Part shown: positions 11,191 through 21,800 of the stretch, one piece after another
Layout of the letters: each line of letters opens with the position of its first letter
How positions within the stretch are numbered: position 1 is the first letter of the stretch
The notes under the pieces: model-generated
Told to the model about the DNA's origin: nothing
What the model saw: the letters and a program-made list of their open reading frames with translations, nothing else
Database searches by the model: none
Made by a program: the position numbers and the translations under genes
From: Eutreptiella sp. 'Long Island Sound 2002'
Taxonomy: Eukaryota; Protista; Euglenida
Direction: 5' to 3'
DNA: 64,000 bases
Assembly: GCA_964036045.1 (NCBI GenBank)
Contig: OZ038378.1
Location: forward strand, 172,980,001-173,044,000

Positions 11191-12109
11191 CGTGTGCCCG
11201 CATTAATCCTTGGGGGTTACCCCCGACCCCTACGGGCCGACCCCGTCTCCGCGCGTCCCATGCGGGGCCGGGGGACCGGGGTGTCACAGACCCCGCGGGG
11301 GTTCGGGGGGTCGTGGTAACTATCAGTCCTTTTCTGTACTTGACAGAAACCAGGAGCCGCCCACGCGTAGCCCTTGCGGCCGCAGTGGGGGTCCCCCGGC
11401 GCCGTGGCCGGCTTGGGGGTTGGGGGGGGGGGTAGTCCTACCCCGTTCCTATCTCTTAGCAGCGGCAGGCAAGTAAGCAGGCAGTACCGGGGGTCATAAC
11501 CCCGGGGTAACAGTAGCAGGGACTCAACGTGAGTCCTCTTAACCAAGAACAACCCCAAATTCCGCCGGGGCTTAACTCCCGAACGAAACGGTATTTGGGG
11601 CCCCCGCGGGCCTTATAAGCCCGCGGAGTGTGCTGAGGCGTGGCTACCAGCACATAAAGTCTGGCTTGTCATACCCATTGTTGGGCTCGCCTCAGCACGG
11701 CCGGTCGAGTCCGGCTCTGGGGGGTGCGCACTAAACTGGCCCCGGGGGGGGGGCATTTACCCGTTAAGCATTAGTTATAGCAGTATGCACTATTTATTAC
11801 GTTAAGTTTTTACTCAGCGCTTGTTTTACCCCGCAGACATGCCCCTTCCAGTGGTGCGCTCACCTTTGGGGCTGCCTTTGGGGGGCCCGGGGCTTTTACC
11901 CGGACCTCCGGCCCTCCCTGGCTGTTGGCCGGAGGCGTACATTATACAATACTGCGGTTCTTTCAGTGACGTACATACATTACTTGATACATACACATCT
12001 GGGGCCTGGGGGGGATGGCACCCCCCCTTGGATCGACAAGAACGCGTCACCGGGGGGCCTCCCCTTAATTCACTCTTATCTCTTATCTCTGTGGTCGCCC
12101 TGCATGGCC

Positions 12110-12375
12110 GAGGCAGGGACGGGGGGGCCACCCCTTATTTCAGAACTGATTCGGATACAAAGGTCTTTCCACCCCACCTGGGCGGAGGACCAGGGACTGG
12201 GGGGCCACCCCTTATTTCAGAACGGAAGCGGATACAAAGGTCTTTCCACCCCACCTGGGCGGAGGACCAGGGACCGGGGGGCCACCCCTTATTTCAGAAC
12301 TGATTCGGCGTATCAAGGTCTTTCCACCCTGCATGGGCGGAGGACAGGGACCGGGGGGCCTCCCCTTATTTCAAT
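12110..12375. repeat. 77-bp tandem repeat (about 3.3 copies, with more degenerate copies to ~12495)
   Basis: CCACCCCTTATTTCAGAAC.. at 12128, 12205, 12282 and a variant at 12359. Confidence 0.9.
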
Positions 12376-12641
12376 ACAGCCATTCACGTACCGGACCGGG
12401 GGACCTCCCCTTATATCATTCCAAAACTCCACGCGTCGGTGCCTCTGCCCCGCACGGGCCAATGGCCAGGGACGGGGGGCCCCCCCTTGTTTCACAGCAC
12501 TTCCTGGGAAGCCAGACGCCGAGGCTGCAGGCAGGTGCCATTACCCCGGCGCAGTGAGCACCGTAGCGACAGGCGCTGGCCTTTACCTCCGCCCCGGCGC
12601 TGTCTCCCCTTTATTCCACCGCCTCTTCCTTCCGGTCCCGT

Positions 12642-13185
12642 CGGATAGGACGAGATCCCCACCCCATGATGCGCCTGTGCAGAACACAAGGAGCAGTGGG
12701 CCGGGGTAGGGGTGCGCACATGAGCCCTGGAGAGGGCTAGGTCACGGGGGGACCCGGGTTATTCCTGCATACCGCCACCCCCCGGTGGAGCCCGCCCTGT
12801 GCCATCGTGACTCTCCCCTGTCTCCCCTTTATTCCACCACCTCCCAGCTCCGGTCCAGGCATCCCGCCGGGTGCAGCAGGGCACGTGGCTGTGAGGCCTG
12901 ATGTCACGGTTGCCCCGCATTGCATCGCAGGGCAGGACCGGTAGCCCCCCGTGACATCAGGCCCCTGGCCGAAGGCCATAGTGGTTGTGCCCCAGGCCCG
13001 GACGGGCGTCGGATAGGACGATATCCCCACCCCATGATGTACCTGTGCAGAACACAAGGTGCAGTGGGTTGGGGTAGGGGAGCGCATACGAGCCCTGGAG
13101 GGGCTGGGTCACAGGGGGACCCGGGTTACTCCCGCATACCGCCACCCCCCGGTGGAGCCCGCCCTGTGCCATCGTGGCTCTCCCA
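12642..13185. repeat. Diverged ~175-bp direct duplication
   Basis: GGATAGGACGA.ATCCCCACCCCATGATG..CCGCCACCCCCCGGTGGAGCCCGCCCTGTGCCATCGTG.CTCTCCC at ~12642-12818 and ~13012-13185. Confidence 0.85.
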
Positions 13186-13260
13186 CGGTGGCCGGCGAGG
13201 GGTGGGGCGCGCGATCCCGCGCCCTGGCCGCCGCGGCTGGACCAGGGCACCCCCCAGATT

Positions 13261-13341
13261 GCGTGTTAGCCCGGGGGGGACCCCCCCCGGTTTCACCCCC
13301 ACACCACGGTGAGGCCACGCGCCCCTGGGCAGCTGTGGGGG
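13261..13341 (-). ncRNA. HDV-like self-cleaving ribozyme (predicted) at the 5' end of the retroelement
   Basis: Minus strand reads P1 CCCCCAC / J1/2 AGCUGCCCAGGGGC / P2 GCGUG / P3 GCC / L3 UCACCGU / P3' GGU / P1' GUGGGGG / UG (P1.1 with L3 CA) / AAA / P4 CCGGGGGGGG-UCCCCCCCGG / J4/2 GCUAA / P2' CACGC. All helices pair, in canonical HDV order. Confidence 0.85.
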
Positions 13342-13342
13342 T

Positions 13343-13388
13343 CACGCACGCACGCACGCACGCACACGCACGCACGCACGCACGCACA

Positions 13389-13450
<62 letters not shown>

Positions 13451-13520
13451 CACACACACACGCACGCACGCACGCACGCACGCACGCGCACACGCACGCA
13501 CGCGCACGCGCACACGCACA

Positions 13521-13556
<36 letters not shown>

Positions 13557-13570
13557 CACACGCACACACA

Positions 13571-13602
<32 letters not shown>

Positions 13603-13647
13603 CACGCACGCACGCACATACGCACGCACACACACACACACACGCAC

Positions 13648-13740
<93 letters not shown>

Positions 13741-13752
13741 CACACACACACA

Positions 13753-13784
<32 letters not shown>

Positions 13785-13792
13785 CACACACA
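13343..13792. repeat. Compound (CACG)n/(CA)n microsatellite, ~450 bp
   Basis: Directly visible. Confidence 0.99.
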
Positions 13793-14365
13793 ATGCTGGG
13801 CAAACCAACGCCCAGTGTGGTCGGGCACAGCAGGGCAAGCGACCACAGGACACACGTAGATGACACAAAGCGACCGAATCCCAGCACAGGCAAAAGCAGG
13901 GCAGGCACTGGTCGACAGTAGAATCTCGTCAGGCCGCTGACAGTCAAACAAAAGTCATAACCATCAGCGACTGGGTGCCTTTCTGTAGTAAACGGTTGAA
14001 GACGCTCCAGTGCTTACTGCCCGTGTTTGTACAGAGCAAAGGTACGCACTGCCTTTCGCAGCGCGGCACCAGTGTACGGTCAGGCTAAAGCATGCGCATG
14101 CCCGCACTCATGCCATTAAAGAGTGGAGCCAACTGCCCCCAAGGCGTACTGCGTGCCGGAGGCCTGTATGCACCATGCGCACAAGCATGTGTCATCTCAT
14201 CTCTTCACACCCGTAGGTGATGGCGTTTGGCATCCTCACATCACGTTCCGCCTACTGCACAAGGGCAGGGCCCTCAGATCCTAATGGTCACAATCAGCCT
14301 TGTGGTCTCGTAAAACTGTCTCACACCACCAGTCACTGGGCGGATGCACACGCACACGCACACGC

Positions 14366-14403
<38 letters not shown>

Positions 14404-15834
14404 CCCAGATGCACACCTCGACAAAAAAACAAATGCGCTAACCGTAAACACGAACCGGCAAACCTACTCCGCCTTTGATGGTTCAGCCCCCCCCCCCCCC
14501 TCTCCCCCCCGCCCCGCTGTCCTACCAGATGCCCCACCAGCAGCCCCGATGCTGCACTGCTCCGCATCAAATGCCAACAGTTTGGAGGGCAAACCTCGAA
14601 CAAATGCGGCACACGGGTCCATCTTTCCATACCATTATGGTTCGCTGTGGGACGCCAGATGCAGCGCGGCTAGGAGCCTGCCTAAACAATGCACTGGCCC
14701 ATCGATCATACGCAATGTACGCCAACTGTGACTTAGTTGAGTTGCGACATTTCAGCGACAACACTACTTGTGAGATTAGGGCTATGCCCGGAAGAGCAGG
14801 TCAACCCTTCAATAGAGGGTTCCAGCAGCCATTCGGTGGCATCGAGCCGATTGCGGTGCGAGCTGCACTGTGGAAAGGATCGGCGGACCACTGTTAAAAG
14901 AACCTCAAATAAAATCCAGACAAAAACACACCGAACACAAAATGTACACAAGATGACCAGCACCGAAAACGAAATTGGCAAAGATGGCCTTGTCCTTTTG
15001 ATACTTTTCCTTTGGTGGGGTTGGCGGGGTGGGGGGCGTATCCAACGGCAGCTTGCGTGTGATTCATCTCCAATCCGCCCACCAACGACGTCCCCTCACA
15101 AGACCACCATGTCTGGGCTATTCAGCACATGGGGTACCGAGGCCCCCAAAGAATACGGTACAGACGCGCACTGTATCTTGGACAAGCACGTCCTGAGAAT
15201 TGAGGGAAGAGGCGACGAAAAGGGCCCACGCCCTGCGCACGCGGTGCAAGTCCACCCTCATTGATACGAGACTCTGGGTTTTGAGACTTGTTGACGGTGA
15301 GAGAGGGGGGCTGAGGGTCTGAGGGTCGAAAGCGGCTGCGCAGGGGCCGCTAAGGGGAATGAAATGGCAGACCGTGTTGTACAGGGCCAAACAGGATCGC
15401 TTTCAGCGGGTCCCCAATGCCGCAGCAATGCCGCTCGGCAAAGGCTTGGTGCCGTCCTTCATCCCAAAAGAAAAACAAAATCGCCGGCCTCCGGCCTCCG
15501 GTACGCCTGGACCTCCACAGGGCCCCGACGGTCAGGAAGGGCTGTCGGTTACCCGCCAATCGGCGTCGGCTGACCGCCAACTGCCGTTGAGTAATCGCAA
15601 TCCTGCCACACGAACCCTCAGGCCGTCTCTGGAGGGGGGAAAAGAGGACATGCCTCATTCCGACAGAACATTGATGTGGAAGCGAGGCGGTCATGCAAAA
15701 AGGGTAAATGCAAGAAAACTCGAACAAATCATGGAAAGGATGGCGACAGGCAAAATCCCTTGGGCAAATGGGGGATTGTAGGGACGCGGTGGCCTCCGGA
15801 AGTGAACATGTGGCAAAGGAGTGTGAGTGGTCAC

Positions 15835-18800
15835 CTGCGAAGTCAGCGCTTTGAGAAAAGCGAACTGCACTAAAGAGACATCCTGGAACTCGTCGACCAG
15901 GACATATGAGTACAATTGACTGTAGTGGCGCTGCAGATCTGCGTGCGCCTGCAGCAGCTCTGTGCTCTGCGTGATGATGTCGGTAAAATCCAGCAGCCCG
16001 TGGGCCTTCAGTGCTTCTTGATATCTCGGGGCACACCAACGGACAAGCGCCTCCAAGCCCTCAGTGCCTGTCGACATCGTAAACTGGAGTGGGATTTGAT
16101 AAGGAGTGTTGATAGAGGGCGCAGGGGGATGAGAAAGGCAGAAATGCCGAAAACACGCAGCCCTCCCTCACCCCCCGCACCCTGCAATGCACACAACACA
16201 CCAAAACGGCCCAAACGGATCATGGGGTCGGGAAACGGGGGGGTGTCAAGTGTCTCGTCCGGAAGGGGCGAGGGGCAGGGAATGGGGTTGCAAGGAGTTG
16301 ACGACAACAGCACACGTGGCACACATGACATTTTTTCGGGATACAACGAACACAAGAATGTGTCTGGCTAAAGCTGCATCACACTCCCGGGTTTCACACC
16401 ACACACCGGAACAATACGATGGCTGAGTCACTGATGCTGATGCACACAAAGGGCAAGACAAAACTTAGGTCGGGAGCCCCCCCCCCCCACTGTTGCGCCG
16501 ACATGATGTCGGCGCACACGAACGGCGGTAAGATGCGGCTGTCCTACAACCACCCAGCCGGCGGCTTAGGGGGTAACCGACACCTGTTGGCCTCCAACCG
16601 CTGTCAGTCAGAGCCCATCTGAAGGGCCGCCCTGAACAAAAGGTGTAAAGACCGGACCAAGGGATCCGGCCTGAGCAGGTCCATTGCCCCCCCCGGGGTC
16701 CTTTTAAAGGGGGGATGGTCCAGCCCCCGCCCCCCCCCCCGTGTGGTGCTGAGTTTTAGAGGTGCGGAAGAAAATGTTTGGTCTCAACTGATTGGCACCG
16801 AAGGCGCCAGAGAAATTTTTGATTGGCCAAAGGCCCGGAAGCAAATCTGGCCCAACCTTTAAGGGGGAGTGGGTGGGTGGGTGGTGTCGGGCCTCCCCCC
16901 ACACCCCACACCCCAGTGGTGCCACTTGTTAAAAGGAGCCCTGCCCTCCCCCTCCCCCGCCCCCCTGCACGCAAGCCCGGAGGGGGTGGATTGGGAGATG
17001 GGCTAACTGAGGTCGGAACCCCGTGAAGTGGATATGGTTCCTTGTGGATGGCCCTTGAAATCCCCTCTCCGTCGGTGCACAACCCCTGACACCCCCTGTA
17101 TCAGGACACTTTTGCAGGGACGGAGGCACCCCAGCGAACAAAGCACAGGCCCTCGCACTACACACCGGCAAAATGCTGCGTGTTGGACCCCAGGCTCTCC
17201 TTCACACACATGATCGCCTGCAGGAGATCTTTGGGGCTGACGGAGCCATCCACGTCGTTGTCCTGCATGTACTGCCTCAGGAGCCCCTGCACCTGAACCG
17301 ATGGCACATGTACGGGAGACGGTTGGGAAGCAGCATCCATCAGTCCAAGGGGTTGGGGTGGGGGCGTGTCTGCCGTGCGTGCGTGCGGCAGACCTAACTG
17401 TACCACGTGAAAAGCACAGGACCAATGGGCCCAACAAGCTTCTTCGCGAAATGTGAGGTATACAAAGCCAGACCGATCCCTCACCTCTGAGATGGAGGAG
17501 TGCTACTGCTGTCGCCTGTGTTGTGTCCCTCTCGGCTCTATTCGGATTTTGCAGTGCAAATGCGGATCTGAGAGGGGGCTAATATATAGTGGGGGGCTTG
17601 CGCCCTCAAAAGCATAATTGCATGGGTGGGCGGGTTCTCAACTCCCTCCAGAGGAGGAGGCTGAAACACCCTCTGGCTGGATCCCCCCCCCCCCCAAAAG
17701 GGCCTCAATTGACAGGACCCCAAAAACGAACCTGAGAGCATCCAGACTTTCAATGAGGTGTCGCAGGGTTATGGGGATGGTAATGGTATGTGCCCTACGG
17801 TTTGGGAGTCCTTACGCCCCCCTGATGCTCCCCGTGTGTAGGGCCGGGGGCAGGGCGTTGCTTGAGCGGAGGGGGGAGGGGGGGAGGGGGTCCAGGGGAG
17901 GGGGGGAGGTGGTCTAGGGGGGGAAGCCCCCCCCCCCTCTGCCGGAATGAACCATATCGGCCAAGAATTGCAAAAATGCACCAAATTGACGCATTCAGTA
18001 TATACATTTGTCATAATGTCTGAACACAGGTAATCAAATCATCTTTTTGGGTCCATACATTGTGCCCTCACCTGAACACCACCAGGCAACACAAACAGGA
18101 AACGCACTGGAATGCTCATTGTTATCAAATTGTTTGCTGAAGATCAATCAGAGTTGGACTTGCATGAGCAAAAACTCATGCGGCATGCAGCGCACCTCGC
18201 GGTCTTGGCGTGCCATTACGGCTGCTTGTGTTACAAACTCATGCAGAGTTGCCATTGGAGTGTTCAGAAACAGTGTGGAACATGCTTTCTGTGCCACATT
18301 ATGCGCTTCTTGCCTTTTGTTCCCAATCCATCTATCTTGGAAACGAAAATAGAGGATCACTTTTACAATGTCGTCGCGTTTTACGCGGGGACACGGTTGG
18401 ACCGGGGTGCCGAAGAACGCACTTATGGGACGCTGGGACATGGTGTCTGCAAAAGAGGGAAGAAAGGATGCAGAGGAGTGACCAAAGAACCCTGCTATAA
18501 GTGCGCCGAAGGCGCGGGAGGAAAAAATTGGCCCAAACGAAAAAACGTTCCCAAAACCCTCATTCTCAGGTGAATTAGAGTGGAGGGGGGAGGGGGGGTG
18601 GGGATTTGATTTGATTTGATTTGATTTGATTTGATTTGAGGGCCGATCTTGAGGCTCACAGGCCGCCTGGGGGGCGCTCGATGGCTGTCCCGACGACTCT
18701 GCATATCGGCTGGCCATGCATGCAGTGCACACCCGGCCGCTTCCGCGGGGGGGGGGGGGGCAGGCCTGTCGCCGTGCCGCGGGCTGGGTGAGGAGGGGCA

Positions 18801-21800
18801 TCCCTCCCGGGGGGGGGGGAGGGGGGGGGCAGGCGGGGGGGAGGGAGGGGAGGCGGGGGGGGGGAGGCCTCGGTGGGGCACAGGGTGGAGGGCAGGTTCC
18901 CAGCCCCTGTGCGCTCGGGGCACCGGGCGGAGGGCACGTTCCCCGTCCGATGCGCTCTGGGCACAGGGCGGAGGGCAGGTTCCCTTCCCCTGTGCGCTCT
19001 GGGCACAGGGCGGAGGGCGGAGGGCAGATTCCCTGCCCATGTGCGCTCTGGGCACAGGGTGGAGGGCAGGTTCCCCTCCCCTGTGCGCTCTGGGCACAGG
19101 GCGGAGGGCAGGTTCCCTGCCCATGTGCGCTCTGGGCGCAGGGTGGAGGGCAGGTTCCCCTCCCCTGTGCGCTCTGGGCACAGGGCGGAGGGCGGAGGGC
19201 AGGTTCCCTGCCCATGTGCGCTCTGGGCACAGGGCGGAGGGCAGGTTCCCTTCCCCTGTGCGCTCTGGGCACAGGGCGGAGGGCGGAGGGCAGATTCCCT
19301 GCCCATGTGCGCTCTGGGCACAGGGTGGAGGGCAGGTTCCCCTCCCCTGTGCGCTCTGGGCACAGGGCGGAGGGCAGGTTCCCTGCCCATGTGCGCTCTG
19401 GGCGCAGGGTGGAGGGCAGGTTCCCCTCCCCTGTGCGCTCTGGGCACAGGGCGGAGGGCGGAGGGCAGGTTCCCTGCCCATGTGCGCTCTGGGCACAGGG
19501 CGGAGGGCAGGTGCCCCGCCCCTGTGCGCTCTGGGCACAGGGCGGAGGGCGGAGGGCAGGTTCCCTGCCCATGTGCGCTCGGGGCACAGGGCGGAGGGCG
19601 GGTTCCCCGCCCCAGTGCGCTCGGCGCACAGGGTGGAGGGCAGGTTCCCCACCCCTGTGCACTCGGCGCACAGGGCGGAGGGCAGGTTCCCCTCCGTTGT
19701 GCGCTCTGGGCACAGGGTGGAGGGCAGGTGCCCCACCCCTGTGCGCTCGGGGCACAGGGCGGAGGGCAAGTTCCCATCCCCTGTGCGCTCGGCGCACAGG
19801 GTGGGGGGCAGGTTCCCCTCCCTTGTGCGCTCTGGGCACAGGGCGGAGGGCGGAGGGCAGGTTCCCTGCCGATGTGAGGGGGGGTGGGGGTCTAGGGGAG
19901 GGAGGGAGGTGGTCCAAGGGGGAGGGGTCCCCCCCCTGCCGGAATGAAAATTAAAGCAACGCCCTGGGCCGGGGGTCATTGAGCTGGGACCCAGCACTAG
20001 GTTGACCCAGCCCTCTGTTAGGGGGCTTTGGTTGCAGCATCCCCCCCCCCCCCTATGTGTTCTTTCCCATGAGGTGTGGTGGTGTGTTGCCTCCTCCTTG
20101 TGCCCTAGTGCTGCCTTGGGCTGGTGCCGTCGTGGTACCGCTGGTACTGAGTGCTGTTGTAGCGGTTTGCGGTCCTTGCTGCCTCGGGGTGCCGCCATGG
20201 ACTGTTGTGGGCTACCTGCTCTGGTTCCTTGTGTCACTGTAGATGGCTGCCTGCAGCGGGTGCTGCTGCTGTAGGCTGCTGCCCCTCGTGGCTGTAGCGC
20301 TGTGAGTTAGTGCCTTAGGCGGTTGGTACCGTAGACTTTTGTCTGTGGAGGCCAGTGCTACTGTGGACGACCGCTTCCCTTGGTTGCTGCTACTAGTGGC
20401 TACTGCTTCCGGCGTTTGTTGTTGGTGTGGGCCACCGCCTCCAGCGGCTGCCACTGCCCTAGGCTACTGCCTCTGGTGGCTAAAACTGCCGGTGGCCACT
20501 ACCTGGTGTGGTTGCCACTACCAAGGCTTCCCCTGGGGCCAAGGGGGGGGAGGGTGTTGGAAGGGGAGGGGAACAATTACTTGGGGTCAGGGTAGGGCTC
20601 AGACCCTCACCAAGACAGATTGAATATTGGAATTGAGCTGGTGAGGACAGGAACTGCACAACATAAACCACATACTCCACACATAGGAAACCATGCCTTG
20701 GTCCCTGCCTTTGGCTGTGCCTGTATTAGTATCCCCACATGGTATCATGGACATGGCTGCAATATATTGCTGCATGTAGGATGTGTCAATATATGGGCCA
20801 AAAACTCGAAAAGCCAAATAGGCCAAAAATACTTGCATAGCATCCCAAATGGTCGATGTTCACTTTTCAAAAAATGCATTTATGAACCTAGTTGTGGTCC
20901 TAAAATGGTCAATTTTCAAGCCTTTTGGGGGGGGGGGGGGGGGCACTGGCTCAAAATGGGCTAAAACCACTTGATTGGACATCTTGAAGTAAAAGATCAT
21001 TTTTGAAGAAGTGTGTTTTTAACCCCCTTTTTGACCCCCTTTTGGTTCTGAGTTTGCTCATTTTCGACCTTTTCAAAAACCCTATGCCAAGCCGGGTCAA
21101 CACGGGCTCAAAACAGGGTGAGTGCACTTGCTTGGGCATCCCAATGGATATAGGATCACTTTTGGACCCTGTTTTGGTCCCCAAATGAGCCATTTTCAAG
21201 CCGTTGTGCATCTTTTGGGAGGCCAAAATAGGTCACCAAAGGCTCAAAATGGGCTAAAACCAGTTGTTTGAGCATGTCAAGTGGTCTACGAACACTTGTG
21301 GAACACATCATGTTAGACCACTTTTGACCCACGAATGACCCTTGATGCATGTGTGTCCACCATATGTTGCTGAAATGATACGATGGGGCCAAAAGCTTCT
21401 AAAAGGGCTTGAAAATGCCCCGAATCCATGTTGAAATGGACATTTTACAGCTGATTTTTCAAGTCCCACCCTCCTCCGCTGTGTTTGCCTGCCATCTATT
21501 GCATTGGGCACACTTCCACTCTGCCAAACCCTCCAATGCCCCATTGGCATCAGGTAGTGGTGCACTTGGAGCGTGCTAGGGTAGGCTTTGCGAGGACATT
21601 GGGGTAAACACGCGCACCGTGCGCACCATGCATCGCACGGCATGCGCACTGCGTGCTGTCTTTCGCATTCAGCTTTATGATTTCAGGGGTCTTTCAGATT
21701 GGCAGGGACACAGTGGCCTAAGGGGTAAACATACAACAACGGAGGCCTCCACTCTACCTCCCCACCAATCGCACGGTGGTTGTGGCTGCCCACACCCCTC

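Larger units (their letters stand above)
1..13341 (-). mobile_element. Non-LTR retrotransposon (APE-RT-RNase H, Ingi/L1Tc-like architecture); 3' end lies beyond the left edge of the window
   Basis: APE, RT and RNase H motifs occur in order on the minus strand (see sub-features). The 5' boundary is inferred from an HDV-like ribozyme fold at 13341-13261. That the leader 8421-13260 belongs to the same element is inferred from orientation and contiguity. Confidence 0.9.

Noticed and set aside
11680-11750. Second HDV-like ribozyme (GCC-UCAGCAC-GGC loop) or a hammerhead
   Set aside because: No P1 or P2 partners were found, and there is no CUGAnGA core on either strand.
13059-13951. ORFs rich in HT/AR/CV here, and similar ones at 18148-20237, 56133-56781 and 63284-63976
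   Set aside because: Translations of micro- and minisatellites.
15380-15440. CGIGDPLKAILF as helicase motif III exon
   Set aside because: It lacks the conserved Q and Y of GDxxQSIY and has no phase-compatible acceptor giving a sensible peptide; likely chance.
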